Source: Octopus bimaculoides
Taxonomy: Eukaryota
Assembly (NCBI RefSeq): GCF_001194135.2
Contig: NC_068982.1
Location: forward strand, 37,773,204-37,837,203
Reading direction: 5' to 3'
DNA length: 64,000 nucleotides
The notes beneath the pieces were generated by a model, which saw nothing but the letters and a program-made list of their open reading frames with translations, searched no databases and was not told the origin of the DNA. Below, piece after piece: positions 50,905 to 64,000 of the stretch. Each line of letters opens with the position of its first letter. Positions within the stretch are counted from its first letter, which is position 1. The position numbers were made by a program, and so were the translations under genes.

Positions 50905-51489
50905 CACACAAAACATAGGTATAAGGAGTTTTCTTCCCAACCACATGGTTTCAAGTTCAGTCCCACAAATAGTTTTACCAAAACATAAACAAACACAGAC
51001 ACATATGCACCTTAAAGTGGGCTTAAGTGTTCAGGTATCTGCCCATACCCCCATCCCACCCCACCCCATAAAAACTATACCCGTAGATACCCCTGTACTT
51101 ATTACAACCCTACACAATACCAACCCTTAATGCTTACACATATTTTCAGAAAACTCTTGCAGACATAGAGACCTCTATGACGAGAGGACATGAGTCTTGA
51201 TATAATCCTTGTCCAGTTTGTTTCATAATTTTTCAGAGCACCCAAAAACTGGATGTGGTTTTGCACCTCCAATAAGGAGGAGCAGTTGGCATATATTTTT
51301 CCATAACTGCTGGCTCTGACCAGCATGCATATTATGTACCTAACTCCTGGTTCAATACCCAGTGTTGTGAAGCCAATTGATAAGATTGGCCACAATGTGT
51401 ATATAATACTGTACACTTATAATACTCACTCACTCTGTTGATTAATTTATCAGTGCATATATTTTTTTATGACTTATAGATTCTTAGAC

Positions 51490-51533
<44 letters not shown>

Positions 51534-51536
<3 letters not shown>

Positions 51537-53068
51537 GGTGATGCAAAATAACTTATCATTTCAAAAACTTGAAGACACCCTCTAATTTTATTTAATTTTG
51601 TGCAAAAACTCAACATGCAAAATTTCAGCACAATTGAAGACATTTTAGAGGTTGCTACCATCCACTGAACATTTTGTATATTGTTATTTTTCAGTTTTGT
51701 ATTTATTGTACATTTTCTGTCTCCTTGCCATCTTCTACTGGTCCTGACATACAACTGTTTAAGAGATTCAATGCAAAGTGAATGGAAATTGACAAGAACA
51801 ATTACCAAACAGCAACAGATGACCCTAACATTGCAGAGAAAATCTCAGATGCTGAAGAAATGATTCAATTTGCTCAAGCTTAGCATAATGAACAGTCTCA
51901 TGATGACTACAAGGAATTGCTTGAGCTAACACTCATTTTCCTTGGTAGTACCCCCAAGTCAGGAATCAGCTTTAAAGCACCTGGTGGTTATCACAGAGCA
52001 CAATGGATGGCCAAGCTAATTTACAGCATTAAAATTTGGATGCTTAAATCTCAGTTTAAACTAACTGAGAGAGAGGAAAGAGGACTGAGAGATGTTTGCT
52101 GCTTTTCAGCTGCGATATACATCAGATTGTGATACCTGGCATCCATACCCTCATCCTCCCCCGTTCAGATTTGCTTTTGTGCAAAGTCTGCAGCTCTACA
52201 AGCAAAAGGATGACAAAATTGCAAGTGCTGCACTCAATAAGTTTTTGAGACATTTATGGTACCTCTCTGAGGAGCTTGTGACGCTTGCATTTTTTGATTC
52301 AGCTGTTTCGCATGAGACAAAAAACAAAATGAAGCATGCTCTGTAGAAACCAGTTGACTCAAAACTGAGCAAATGAGCATCAATGAATCCTGAAACAACT
52401 GCAGAATTTCATTACTGCCAACACAGAAAGATTCTTTGAAATCTCAGAGGTGTCTTGCACTTTTCTTGAAAAAAATACTGAAGAATGGAATGATGATGAA
52501 AGTTATGTGAATGCAAGAGATATCGCATATGGACTAAAAGTGGTAAATGACATTGCGGAAAGAGGATACGACTGATGAAGGAATACAACAAACTGATAAC
52601 CAATGATGAAGAGCAGAAGCAATACCTTCTTCAAATTGTTAAAAGTTACAGGTCGTCACTCTCAAACAGAAACAAGAAAACATTACTCTTGCTTCATAAA
52701 AACAAAAATAAACTTACATAAGTGGTTATGATGTGCCTACTGGGGAAACTTCCACATAAAAAAAGTTAACATGATATACGTTGTACCTTACTACGTACTA
52801 TAGCCTAGAATGTCATCATTTTTTCCAAACTAGGTTAACTAGGTACATTTCAAACCCGTTCCAATGAAAATATCAACAAAATAATATTTTTGAGCACAAA
52901 CGGAGGTACATTTATTTTTAAAGCTTGGTAGCAACTTCTAATTTTCTCTTTTTCAACCCCAAATCTTGCATACAATGCTTTCTTAGGAATATGAATAAAA
53001 TAGGAGGGTGTCTTCCTGAAAATTGAAAAAAGAAAAAAAATGTTTAATGCCTTTTTTGCATCACCCTA
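51534..53068 (+). mobile_element. Internally deleted hAT-superfamily DNA transposon (divergent, hATm-like), 1535 bp
   Basis: TIR TAGGGTGATGCAAAA / TTTTGCATCACCCTA plus subterminal GAAGACACCCTC / GAGGGTGTCTTC; ATATATAT on both sides (8 bp); transposase C-terminal remnant HDDYKELLELTLIFLG, APGGYHRAQWMAK, RHLWYLSEELV, VVNDIAERG. Confidence 0.8.
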
Positions 53069-53329
53069 ATATATATGCATACATACATATATATATATAT
53101 ATGCAAATATATATATATATNNNNNNNNNNNATGACGCTCTTCCGATCTTATATAAATATATATACAAACATATGTATGTATTTACATATATGTGTGTGT
53201 ATGGGTGTTTGTATGTTAGTATCTCCTTGTCTTGTCATCATATCATAGTTGTAAACAAGTGCCGTGTGGTGATGGGACTTGTTTACAACTATCATGTTAT
53301 GTGGTGTCGTTCAATTTTTGGTCTTCTTT

Positions 53330-53490
53330 GAAAACATATCTGACCATGGAGAAATATTACTTTACTTGGAAACTGGTGAAGGTTGGTGATAAGAAGGGCA
53401 TCCGACCCTAGAAAATCTACCTCAACAAATTCTTTCTGACCCATGCAAGCATGAAAAAGTGGACATTAAAATGACAATGAAGATAATGAT
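53330..53490 (+). mobile_element. Short element sharing the RTE-1 terminal tail
   Basis: GGTTGGTGATAAGAAGGGCATCC...ACCCATGCAAGCATGAAAAAGTGGACATTAAAATGAC. Confidence 0.65.
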
Positions 53491-55089
53491 ATATCTGTGT
53501 GTGTGTATGTGTGTGTGAATGCATGTATATATGTATATTGTATGTACATTTGTGTGTGTGTGTTTGGTTTAAACAACAATATGTGTACCTATCTCTACCT
53601 GTTTGTTTTCATTTTATTTAATAATTCCATTTTATTGCGTTCCATTCATATATACCATTTTTTTCAATTTAAGTTTGAATAAGGTAAAGTATACTTAGAA
53701 CTTATTGCTTATTTCATGGCTATTTCTTTCTTTTTTTTTGTTGCTGTTTATTGCTTTTACTTGTTTTGTTTTCAATTTTTTTTTATACAAAACTTATTTT
53801 TGCATTATTTCAGGGAAATTAAGAAATTTATCAAACATTTCTGACTATTTTCCCTCACATATTTTCTTCTATAAGTTTCATTATAATTCTAATGGGGCTA
53901 TCAAATATAATTCGGTAACGTTAATCATAAATTGCTGACACAGATTTAGTTTTACTTTGGAGTAAGCCTACTTCCATACCTCAGGCTAAACTACTGCTTT
54001 AAGGAAATATAGATTACACTTTACATATTGAATAACAGTGTTTACCTTATTTATTTATCTATGTGTAAACTCTTGATTTTTATCTTGGAAATTTGCAGTA
54101 TTGATTTTTGACAAATGTATTTACTACTTCTAAACATTCATTTCTTCAGATCATTGTCTTTGAGAGCCATTCACCTTACACACTGTTCTTGCTCATGCAG
54201 CTTATGTGCTTTGAATATGAGTTGTCAGCTGACCAACAATACCATTACATCATCTATGCAACCTTTTATTAGACTGCTTTCTTCTGATTAAATTTCTAGA
54301 AAGATTTTCATTTTAATGACACGATATTCAATAGCTTTTATGTGAAATTTATTTATCTAATTCATTATTTTATTTATCTTGAATTTTATCAGAAAAGGAA
54401 AACAAACATTATAGTATCTTTAAAAGCTTTATGTTCTTTGAATATTTGATATGATATAATCGATGTATATCACATAAATAATTGAGTTTGAATTAATATT
54501 TGACCAATTAGTTTTAGATATGTTTGATTTGATAATAATGGTAGTGATGATGGTTTATTTTGACTCAGCATAAGGTCAGTTTTGTAGAATCTTTATGTAG
54601 TCAATCAATAGTCACTTGAATTAACTTATCATATTACTGGCATTTATTTTACCAGCTTGGTACTGATGAATGTCAATGTTCATTGATATTTAATGTGACC
54701 AATCATTGTTTTTATTTTTGATCTTTGTTCTGTGCTTATTCTATGAATAAGCCAGGTTTCTTCCACAAGATCCTTTGATTAGATACTATGTGAAGTTAAT
54801 TATGTGTTAAGTTTAGTTTTTCCAGCTCAGCATCCAGACTTAACTTCACTACAGTTCATATCCGTGTTTCACTTAGTTTTGATCCTGTATTTCCTAAATA
54901 TGGACCAGCTAGCTAAGTAAATATTCATGAAAATACTCACGTGTCCTAGGTTAGCTGATGTCTGAATGTTATGTTCTATTTTTCGGATCTGTATTTGTGA
55001 AGGATGTGCATCTTGCACTGTAATGCTAGATATATGTATGTGGGATATAAGTGATTGCTCAGAAACTGAAAATAGGAAAGTGTGAAAAG

Positions 55090-55274
55090 AAAGAGAAATG
55101 GGAGTGTGAAAAGTAGCTGCAAGAAGGTGTGAGAAACAGAGCTAGAGAGAGAGAGGGTGACAAAGGAAAAGCATATACAAACTAAGTGGCTAGGGGAAAG
55201 AGATAGAAAGAAGGATAGATAAAGAAAAAGAGAGTGAGAGATAGAGAACAGGCACAGATGTTGTAACCGTGAGT

Positions 55275-55315
<41 letters not shown>

Positions 55316-55660
55316 GGGAGGGAGGGAGGTAGAAGAGAGAAAGAGAGAAGAAGACTGAAATGTGAGAGAAATAAGATAGGACAGATGTTGCAGTCAACAC
55401 ATGCACACACATCACACACATACACTCACAGAGAGAGAGAGAGAGGGAGAGAGAGAGAGAGAGAGAGGGAGNNNNNNNNNNAGAGAGAGGGAGAGAGAGA
55501 GGGAGAGAGAGAGAGAGAGAGAGAACAAAGTACAAAGTACAACCACTGCTGCTATGATAGATGTATAGATAGAGAAAAAGGAAGAAAGAAAAAGCTAGGA
55601 CAGTCACTGCTGCCAGCAGAGAGAGAAAGAAGGAAAATACGAATGCTACTATTGAGAGAT
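55090..55660. repeat. (GA)n-rich low-complexity array with gap
   Basis: Read directly. Confidence 0.9.
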
Positions 55661-58600
55661 AGATAGAAAGTGAAACAGTAATAAACGAATTGATTAAGTC
55701 AATTCAATTTGTCAGACAAAAAAAAAAATAACCCCACAAAACAAAAAAAATGTTTATATTTATGTGAGTGTTTAGTGCAAGTTGGAAATATGTAATCACT
55801 TCCAATAATACATAACACAGTAATACATTGAAATCTTATTTTCCTTCTGGTTTTGATAACTTCTTTCAATCATAGAATGATCTGTGAACTTAGCAGGCAT
55901 TGCCAAAGATAATCTGGTATTTTAGACGGCTTGTAAACATTTTGTATTTTCAGAAAATACAAATCTGAACGGATAATTAATTTCTTTTTGTGTCTATAAA
56001 TTAATTTTTAGTGACATGGAAATTTATAAAAATACACTTTTATTTTTAATATGTATTTTAATCTTATTTACTTACTTGTGAATATTCCCAACACAAAATA
56101 AGCTTTATAGCATTGCTTTATTTACTTTTTCTGTTGCAGCATCATATTGCCTGGTTATGCGAGGCTTTCTGAACGTTAATACTTATTGATTTAAATGAAT
56201 AGGTTTAAGGTTTAAAAGATAGGGCTACATATTCATAACAATAGATCAGACACAAAAACATTTCATCAGCATCAAAGGAAATACAGCGTTCAATCAAGTG
56301 TAAAACCTGATGATAGACCGAGCAGATGACACATTGTGTCATATGACTGATTGGAAAGAGCAAATGTCTTATCATGTGACCAATAGGCATGAGAAGAAAA
56401 CATGGTGTTAAAATATTTATTTGCTCTCTGTTAAAATTCTATGGGTAGTAGCACAGTTTTTCACTATGTCAAGGTTATTTACCAAGATTGAACAGACGAA
56501 AACATTAAGTTAGGTAGTTTCAGTTATTTTTCACAACTTTATTCAGTTGTCTTTTATTTTCCTCATGAATTGTTCATTTTGAGAATTTAACTTTGAGACA
56601 GCACTACTTACAATTAAATTTGAACTTAACTGAAATGATCCTTTAGGTGGTTGAGTTAATTTTTACCTGATTTGACACCACCACCTGGCCTCATGGTGTC
56701 TTTTGGAGAGAATTCATTCTGTTGCAAGCATTTTGGCTAGGTCTCTCTAGTCAGAGGATATTCTGATGTGCTCCTGATAGACTGCTACAGAAACACAAAA
56801 CAATGGTGCTTTCTCCCTTCCCTCAACAATCTAGAACCACTATAAATGATGTGTTGCCCTTCCTCCTCTGGCTAAATCATAAAGAAAAATTACAAATCAT
56901 ATAGTAAAAAAAAAACCTTATATTTATACTCTTGTTTTTCTTTTCTTTTTTCTTTTTATCTGAATAACTTTTAATTTCATTACACACACTATGAACATTA
57001 TTTAGGCATACAGTTACATAAGTTGTTCTCAAATTTTTATTTTTTATTTTTAAATAGTTTCAAAAGTCAGAAGTTTGAATGGATTAAAAAGGCTTATCTG
57101 AATATCCATTTATAACATCTTAACCTTTCTTAGACATGTAATAATATAATAATAAAATATATATTTTAATAATGTGTCTGTCAAGTAGTGAAGCAGTATA
57201 GTGACAATAGTTGAAAATCAATGAGCTAAATTTGTAGACAAATATCCAGATTAAGAAACTAAGAATTCATTTATTTTATTTTTGTTACATATTTGGTACC
57301 ATTGGTACAAGACATTATTTAACAACCTAATAACCTTAGTTATTAAGGTCAAGTTCAATATTTTTATAATTTTCTACTTTTAAGAAATGATATCTAAATC
57401 ATTTTCAAGTTTCATTGCACCTGTCTGAGACAGGTGACTCATAATATTTCATCAGTAGCACCATTCTTATGTGAGAATCATATTCATCTGCCAATTGGAG
57501 TAATATTTTTTCTTTAATCTGATGACTAATGATTAATGTTGATAGCTTAGTTTTAAAAAAAATTCTAAATTAAATTTAGTAGTATCACATATTGCCTAGG
57601 AAACTCACCTTTTCTTTCTTTCTAGGCAAAAAGTATAATACATGGCCTCTGTATATGCATAATATATTTGTATATGAAATGTTTAGTTGAGGTTCTACCT
57701 TAAAAATCTGTTGTTAGTAGTTATGGAAACTTATTGCATTCAAATAAATTTAAAAAAAAATTTTGTTAACCCTCCAAGGACTCACCAACAAACTACATCT
57801 TGCACACAACTGTGTTGTCTCCTCACTCTGTCCATTCTGTGTCTGTAACAATAGTTTCTGTTTCTCTGAACTAGTTTGTTGCTTGTTATGATCACAAGCA
57901 TGGTTATATGGTCAAAACAATATTTCTTGGATAAAGCGTCTTATTAGACGAAGACTGTATGGCAGTCTTATTGCAATCACTGATATCATTTAAAGGAGAA
58001 CCATATATTTTTAAAGGACATTGCTGGAGAGTTAAGCAGGAACTCATTAATGGTACAGTTTTGTGGATACCCCAACGTGGATACGTTGCAAGATCCTTCA
58101 TTGACCAGTTCTGTATGGGCATGGGACATTGGGATGATTTGACAGTATCCCAGCAAGTTGGCAGTATGGTATGGGTGTTGAGGATTTCTGTAAGGGCTCC
58201 AGAGCTATCCCACATAATAAGGGTGAATATGAATGAAGGGTGTGAGCGGAATGGAATGGCAAAGAGAGAAAATGAATGAGGGTAGCAAGGATCTAGTGGG
58301 AAACATTGAAAGAAAATGAGGTGTGGGGAGTCGTAGGGGTAGGCGATGGAGGGAGAGATGAGAGAGTGTTAAAGTAGCAGAGTAGCTGCTGGGAAGGACA
58401 TTGAAAGAAAAAGAGGCAGAAAGGGAGTGGTAGATGGCAGTGAGTGAGTAAATATCACAGGTGATAAGTTAAGATTTCTAAATGATAGAGTGATGATTGA
58501 AGTGAGTGAGGAGCTGAATGGAGGAAGTAAGGTGGGTATAGGTGGAGTGATGAAGATGGACTAATATATTCTCACGTATAGGCTTACTGAAGGATGATGA

Positions 58601-58687
58601 GGGTGGTATGGATGGTGCCATTCATATTTGTAAGGTTTATAGGAGGTGAGGAGAGAAGAGATGAGGGGTGTGAGTACATTCACTTCA

Positions 58688-58727
<40 letters not shown>

Positions 58728-58739
58728 ATGTGTGTGTGT

Positions 58740-58930
58740 GTAGGTCTAGGCATGGCTGTGTCGTTAAGCAGTTCCCTTTGCAATCGCATGGGTTTGAATT
58801 CTGTCCCCTTCTGTGGCACTTCAGAGAGGTATCTTCTTTTATAGCCAAGACCAAATGATAGCCTGGCTTGTGAAGTGGAATTGGTTAATGGTTCCATGTT
58901 GGTATGGGTCGGAGAGTTTAACAGGATCCA
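58740..58930 (+). mobile_element. SINE family B-like 5' part
   Basis: GGCATGGCTGTGTCGTTAAG, GGGTTTGAATTC, CTTCTTTTATAGCC...CTTGTGAAGTGGAATTGGT. Confidence 0.65.
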
Positions 58931-58939
58931 GTAGATTGA

Positions 58940-59230
58940 AGAATTGCATTGTAATTGCATTGTACTCTAATATCTGCTTTCGCATGATTTCTATGGCTAG
59001 ATGCCCTTCCTTATGCCAAATGCTTTACAAAGTAAACTGTGTGCTTTTTGTATGGCACCAGCACTAGTGAGGTCACCATGTGGCTCACAAGACTAAGATC
59101 CCTTTTGATTAAGTAGGACTACAGCAGAGAAAGGTAACTCTGTGCTAGGAGATGAGAAGTTAAAGTATGAAAGAAGGGGTCAGGACATAACAGATTTCTT
59201 GTTGTAGAGGTGCTATATGGTTGTTCACAT
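58940..59230 (-). mobile_element. RTE-tail-related dispersed repeat
   Basis: TTCTATGGCTAGATGCCCTTCCTTATGCCAA...GTGCTTTTTGTATGGCACCAGCAC parallels 29240-29310. Confidence 0.55.
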
Positions 59231-59569
59231 TATAGAGGACTGACCAGAATGGAACTGGAAAGAGAGACAGATGAGGTGTCAAGATGGACCCAGAAGCTGC
59301 AAGGTGAAGAGAAGAAAATGGAGACTAAAAAATAACGAGTGAGGGTGGGTAGTAGTTGCAAGGGTGTATGGGGAGAGTGAGTGTTTGTTAAAGATAGTGA
59401 ATTGGTGAATATAATGAAGGACAAGAGTTGTGGACCAGTTGAGAATAGACAGAGGGAAGGTAGGGCAGACTGGGTAATGACTGTAGAAATTGGGTAGGGT
59501 TGAGGAGTGAATGTAGTGAATTAAAGACAACGGTGAAAGGGTGATCAATAATGCAATAATTTTTTTTGA

Positions 59570-59850
59570 AGCTAAGTACTTATTCTATTGGTCTCTTTTG
59601 CTGAACCACCAAGTTACAGGGATGTAAACATGCCAACACTGGTTGTTAAGTGGTGGTGGTGGTGGGGGGGGCAATACACACACACTCATATACACACGAG
59701 GGGCTTCTTTCAGTTTCCCTCAACTAAATCCACTCACAAGGCTTTGGTTCGCCTGGTGCTATAGCAGAAGGCACTTTCCCAGGGTGCTATGCTGTGGGTC
59801 TGAATGTGGAATCATGTGATTGGGAAGCAAACTTCTTACCACACAGCCAT
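59570..59850 (-). mobile_element. SINE family B with short internal CA run
   Basis: Reverse complement of GCATGGCTGTGTGGTAAGAAG head and the family B body. Confidence 0.85.
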
Positions 59851-60374
59851 GCCTGTGTCTTATGTTGAATCCTCCTTTAAAAACATTATTGTTCAAGGTA
59901 GTCATATCTATTACTAAGCATGCCTTCTCTATATTTTGTACTATTAACTCTGGTTGTTTTGTTTTGATTGTCTGGCTAGTGTATACCATAAAACCCTATA
60001 ACATTGTGGGCTCTTCAAATTCAGTGTCTGGATCTAGATACTGCTCATACTATTTTTTTTTTTCCATGTGAAGAGCTCCAAAACTGCTGCAGATCTTTCA
60101 GTAGATGTATTAATCAACCTTATGAACCTATCTTTATATTTCAAAGTACCAAAATAAGCTGTACCTGGCACGATTTTGCTTATGTTTTACTAAGTAGCCT
60201 TTTGCTGCTTTATCTTTATCTGCATATATAAACAGAAAAGATAGGTAAGGGATTCCTGATAAACTGTAAAGACAAGAAAATTAGTCAGATCAATCCCAAC
60301 GCCAAGCTACCCCACAAAATGGCCCCCATGGGCCTAATTTTACTATAAGAGTAAATACAAATGGATGTAATTCT

Positions 60375-60520
60375 GTATGTGTATGTGTGTGTATGCATAT
60401 GTATGTATGTATGTATGTATGAATGTATGTATGTATGCATGCATATATGCATGCATGCATGAATGTATGTATACACGTGTGTGTGTTTGTATATACATAC
60501 ATACATACATACATACATGT
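60375..60520. repeat. (TATG)n/(TACA)n compound microsatellite next to a partial minus-strand SINE B head (60520-60610)
   Basis: Read directly. Confidence 0.85.
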
Positions 60521-63467
60521 GAGGCTTCTTTTAGTTTCTGTATATTAGAGCCATTCACAAGGAACTATGTGGTTGGGAAGCAAACTTTTTATTATACCAC
60601 CACACCTGCATCTATTTAAGTATATAAAACCTTATGAAGACAGTGTCACAACATGGCTAGTCCAAAGTTAAGAAATTTATAGTATGCCAAATTTCTTTCA
60701 AGGTCTTTTAATTTTCAAATAATAGGAATTTTGAGAATATAGAAAGTTGAGTGAACAACTAGCTCAACATGTCATGACCAATTTGCATTGTATCAGTGAG
60801 TTTAATGCAGATGCCTATGCAAATAATGCTTTTGAATTTTGACATAAGCAACGAATTGAATATGTAGCAGTTCCATATTGCAGTTAGTTTTTTTTTTGAC
60901 ACCTGTACATGACTATTGTTTATTTTATTGACCTCACAAGGATCACAAACAAAGTTTACTGACAGAAAAATTGAAATCAAAATGCTAAAGGGACATAACT
61001 AAATATATTTAAAAAAAACAAAAAAAAACATTCCAACGCTTCACCTATCAGTTAATCTATTAAACTACCTACCTGTACTAATAACTGCACCAATAATGAT
61101 TATTAATGGTTACAATTTCTGTTTATTAAATATTTTTCAGTTTAATAGTCATAAGATCTCACTGACAAATCAGCATACTAATAATATTCAAATTTAATTA
61201 GAATTTCCTCACTGCCATATTGCTTTTTTAAAAATATTTTATATTTCTTCCCTAGACCTGTTGTTGAGTGTGACTTCCTGAATATTTTTGTTTCCTTTTT
61301 CACATTCTTGTCTACCCATCATACACCAGCTGTCATCATTGAACAACATTGACCGTCCCTTGCTTTTAGAATTGTACATCATGTAACAATGAATATGTTA
61401 ATGGTGATAATATTTATTAAATCCACTGATTTGGTGAATTGAGAAAATTACTGTCACACCATATATAAATATTTGATTAATTCTAAATTAAATTCTTTTT
61501 AATTTCCTTTGCATATGTGAAAAATTCTTTACTAAAAACAAATTCACCAGACCTCCCATTGTTATTTATCTGATCAATTAATTCTTATCTCCCACTCTTT
61601 TGATATTATATACATGTGAAGCACGAGTAATGCTTGTACAACCTTTGATGATATCATCACAACCATTACTGCAGCAGATTCCACTGCATTTTGCAGCTTC
61701 CTTTTTTCATTCTGCTGCTTAAGTTGGCTTTACATCATTTGATTGATGCTGCTTGGTAACATTAATATTTGTAGTTGCATTGTTGTTGTGGTTTTAGCGA
61801 TGGCATTAGCGGTTGCAATGGTGATGGTGACAAAAAAAAAAAAGTGTTTATTTTAGTGGCATTAGTATTTACAAGACATTTTGACTGATTTTACTCTCCA
61901 TTTGTTTTATTTTTTTCTTTCAATTTTTAAAGATATCTGCCACTTTAATTTCACTACCTTCTTGTATCAATGTCATATGATATTGACTATTTCTGCTAGA
62001 AACCAACATTACTGGCTGTAGTTTTACTGCTATCTTTGCCTTGGCAACGGTAGCATCAGCTTCTTCTGTCTGAGCAGCAAGCCTCCTCTCAATGCAGCAC
62101 TGATGAAGCTGGCTTTTCAGAGAGCCATGTTGGATGGAGAAAGTGGAAGGCAGAGAAGGCTACTGATTAGGGCTGGAGGTCAAATATTACATTATGGGAT
62201 AGCTGAGAATAAATTACTTAGCCTGGTTCATAGTTTATTTTGCTTCCTGACAAGATATTACAACTATTCTTTTGTTTTCTATTTTGTACTTCCCTCTATA
62301 GAGAGAAAATAATCTGACTTATTTTGCATGAAGACAAAAACAAAAAACAAACACAAAATCAGAATCATAAAAACAAAACAATTACACTGTTATGCTACAA
62401 ATAGACTTGGTGTTTTATATTTTTTTCATGTTTAATCTTAACACAAGTGTTTGCTTGTGTCGTAAACATTTCATTTGGCTTTCAAGGAAAACCAATTGTA
62501 GCTATATTCATGTGATCTGTATGTAAAATGACATCCAAATATAATGTATGACACAGAGAAACAGAGAATGGGCCGAATGCGGAAGATCCTGTCTGGCCTG
62601 AGTGACATTGACTCTCTTGTGGTGACTATTTTACTCTTTTTTTCGCAAAAAAAAAAAAAAAAAATTTTTTTAATTCCCTAATTCTAGATAAGCATGTTTT
62701 GAAAATTTATTTATTTACTTATATACATTGCTCATTATATCTTTCTATTTGGCTGATTTTTCTGTAAAATGTTTTATAAGTACCAGTTTTATGAATTTTA
62801 CATAGATTGTCTTAAAGGTCACTACAAGTTGTAGTGCAGATGATGCACCAAAATAATGGTATAGCAGGACATTCCACATGCTGGACTAATTGTTTATATA
62901 TAAATATAGTAATACCTTAATAGTGAGATGTTATCATAAATAATAAAAGGGGATAAATACCACCAAATATCTATTGACAACCTGAGCTCATTGGAATTAT
63001 ACATGTTTGTGAGTGTATTTGTGCTAAAATTTGTTTTTGCTTCTGTGTATGCATGTGTGTGTGTGTACACATTTGTGAGCGTGCATGTGTTTGTGTATGT
63101 GTGTGAGTGTATGCGCATGTGTGTGATTATATGTGTTATCAAATAATTTATATATGTAAACAAATACTATTTTCAAGAAATAAATATGCTAGCTTTCTCC
63201 AAGTCAGCAAAAATTAAGCATTTTATTCCTTTTTGTTAGTATTATATTTAGATACACTTCTTATCTATTAGTATGTTAATTTGATATATAATTTAATACA
63301 CACACTTGAGCACACATGTGTATAGTGTATATATATGTATATATATATATGCATATATATTTACACAATAATTGGTGTGTGCATGTGTGTGTAGGAATGT
63401 TTATGTATGTATATATTATATATATATATATATNNNNNNNNNNNNNNNNNNNNNNNNNNNNNNNNNN

Positions 63468-63516
<49 letters not shown>

Positions 63517-63661
63517 TAGCTGTTCAATGATTAATTGGTTATTTCTACATGTTTAATCAACTCCCTCTCTAAACCATTAAATATTTACCATCATGTTTGC
63601 ATTTGTATTTTGTGTTTGCATGTGTCTTTCTGCTCTTGCATACATGTACATATGTGTGTTT

Positions 63662-63697
<36 letters not shown>

Positions 63698-64000
63698 ATT
63701 GTCAATATTTATGTTTGTGAACATGTTTTTGAAAATTAATGTAAATCACTGGTTTTATTTTTACTTCTTGATAGATATAAAATATCTTGCTACTTTATAC
63801 AACTGTGGAGGTCATGAACTTGTTATTTGGTAACTGGCAGTAATGATGTCACAAATACAGTTCACTAAAAGACTGCTTGCAAAATACTTAAATAAATATA
63901 TAAAATAATTAATAGGGTGAGAAAGTCAGAAATTTCTATATGTGAGTATTATATAGTCACATGAAAAGCAAATTTGTTTTCTTGCCAACAGTACACCAAA

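Overview
This is strongly AT-rich, microsatellite-dense eukaryotic DNA with nine N-gaps. The repeat families point to a cephalopod, probably Octopus; that is an inference from pattern recall, not a database search. The window looks intronic or intergenic and is mostly transposable-element debris. It holds many tRNA-derived SINEs from at least 4 families and decayed LINE fragments from five groups: two RTE types, CR1-like, L1/Tx1-like and R4/Dong-like. DNA transposons include a near full-length mariner, a mariner-derived MITE, a pogo remnant, a hAT-like element, TTAA-flanked MITEs and a foldback element. I found no intact protein-coding gene, tRNA, rRNA or CRISPR array. Almost every ORF in the supplied track is a microsatellite or N-gap artefact or a transposon relic. 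A few short segments have good splice signals and could be exons of an unidentified host gene, but none is established. The most interesting signals are: (1) a (TTA)n-centred insertion hotspot where SINE tails appear to act as landing pads for more SINEs and for antisense Dong-type LINE ends; (2) an isolated pre-miRNA-like hairpin; (3) a modular hairpin array in an RTE 3' UTR that gains and loses units; (4) a splice-site-flanked 143-codon frame interrupted only by TGA. I cannot claim a new biological system from the sequence alone. TE boundaries are approximate unless TIR/TSD positions are given.
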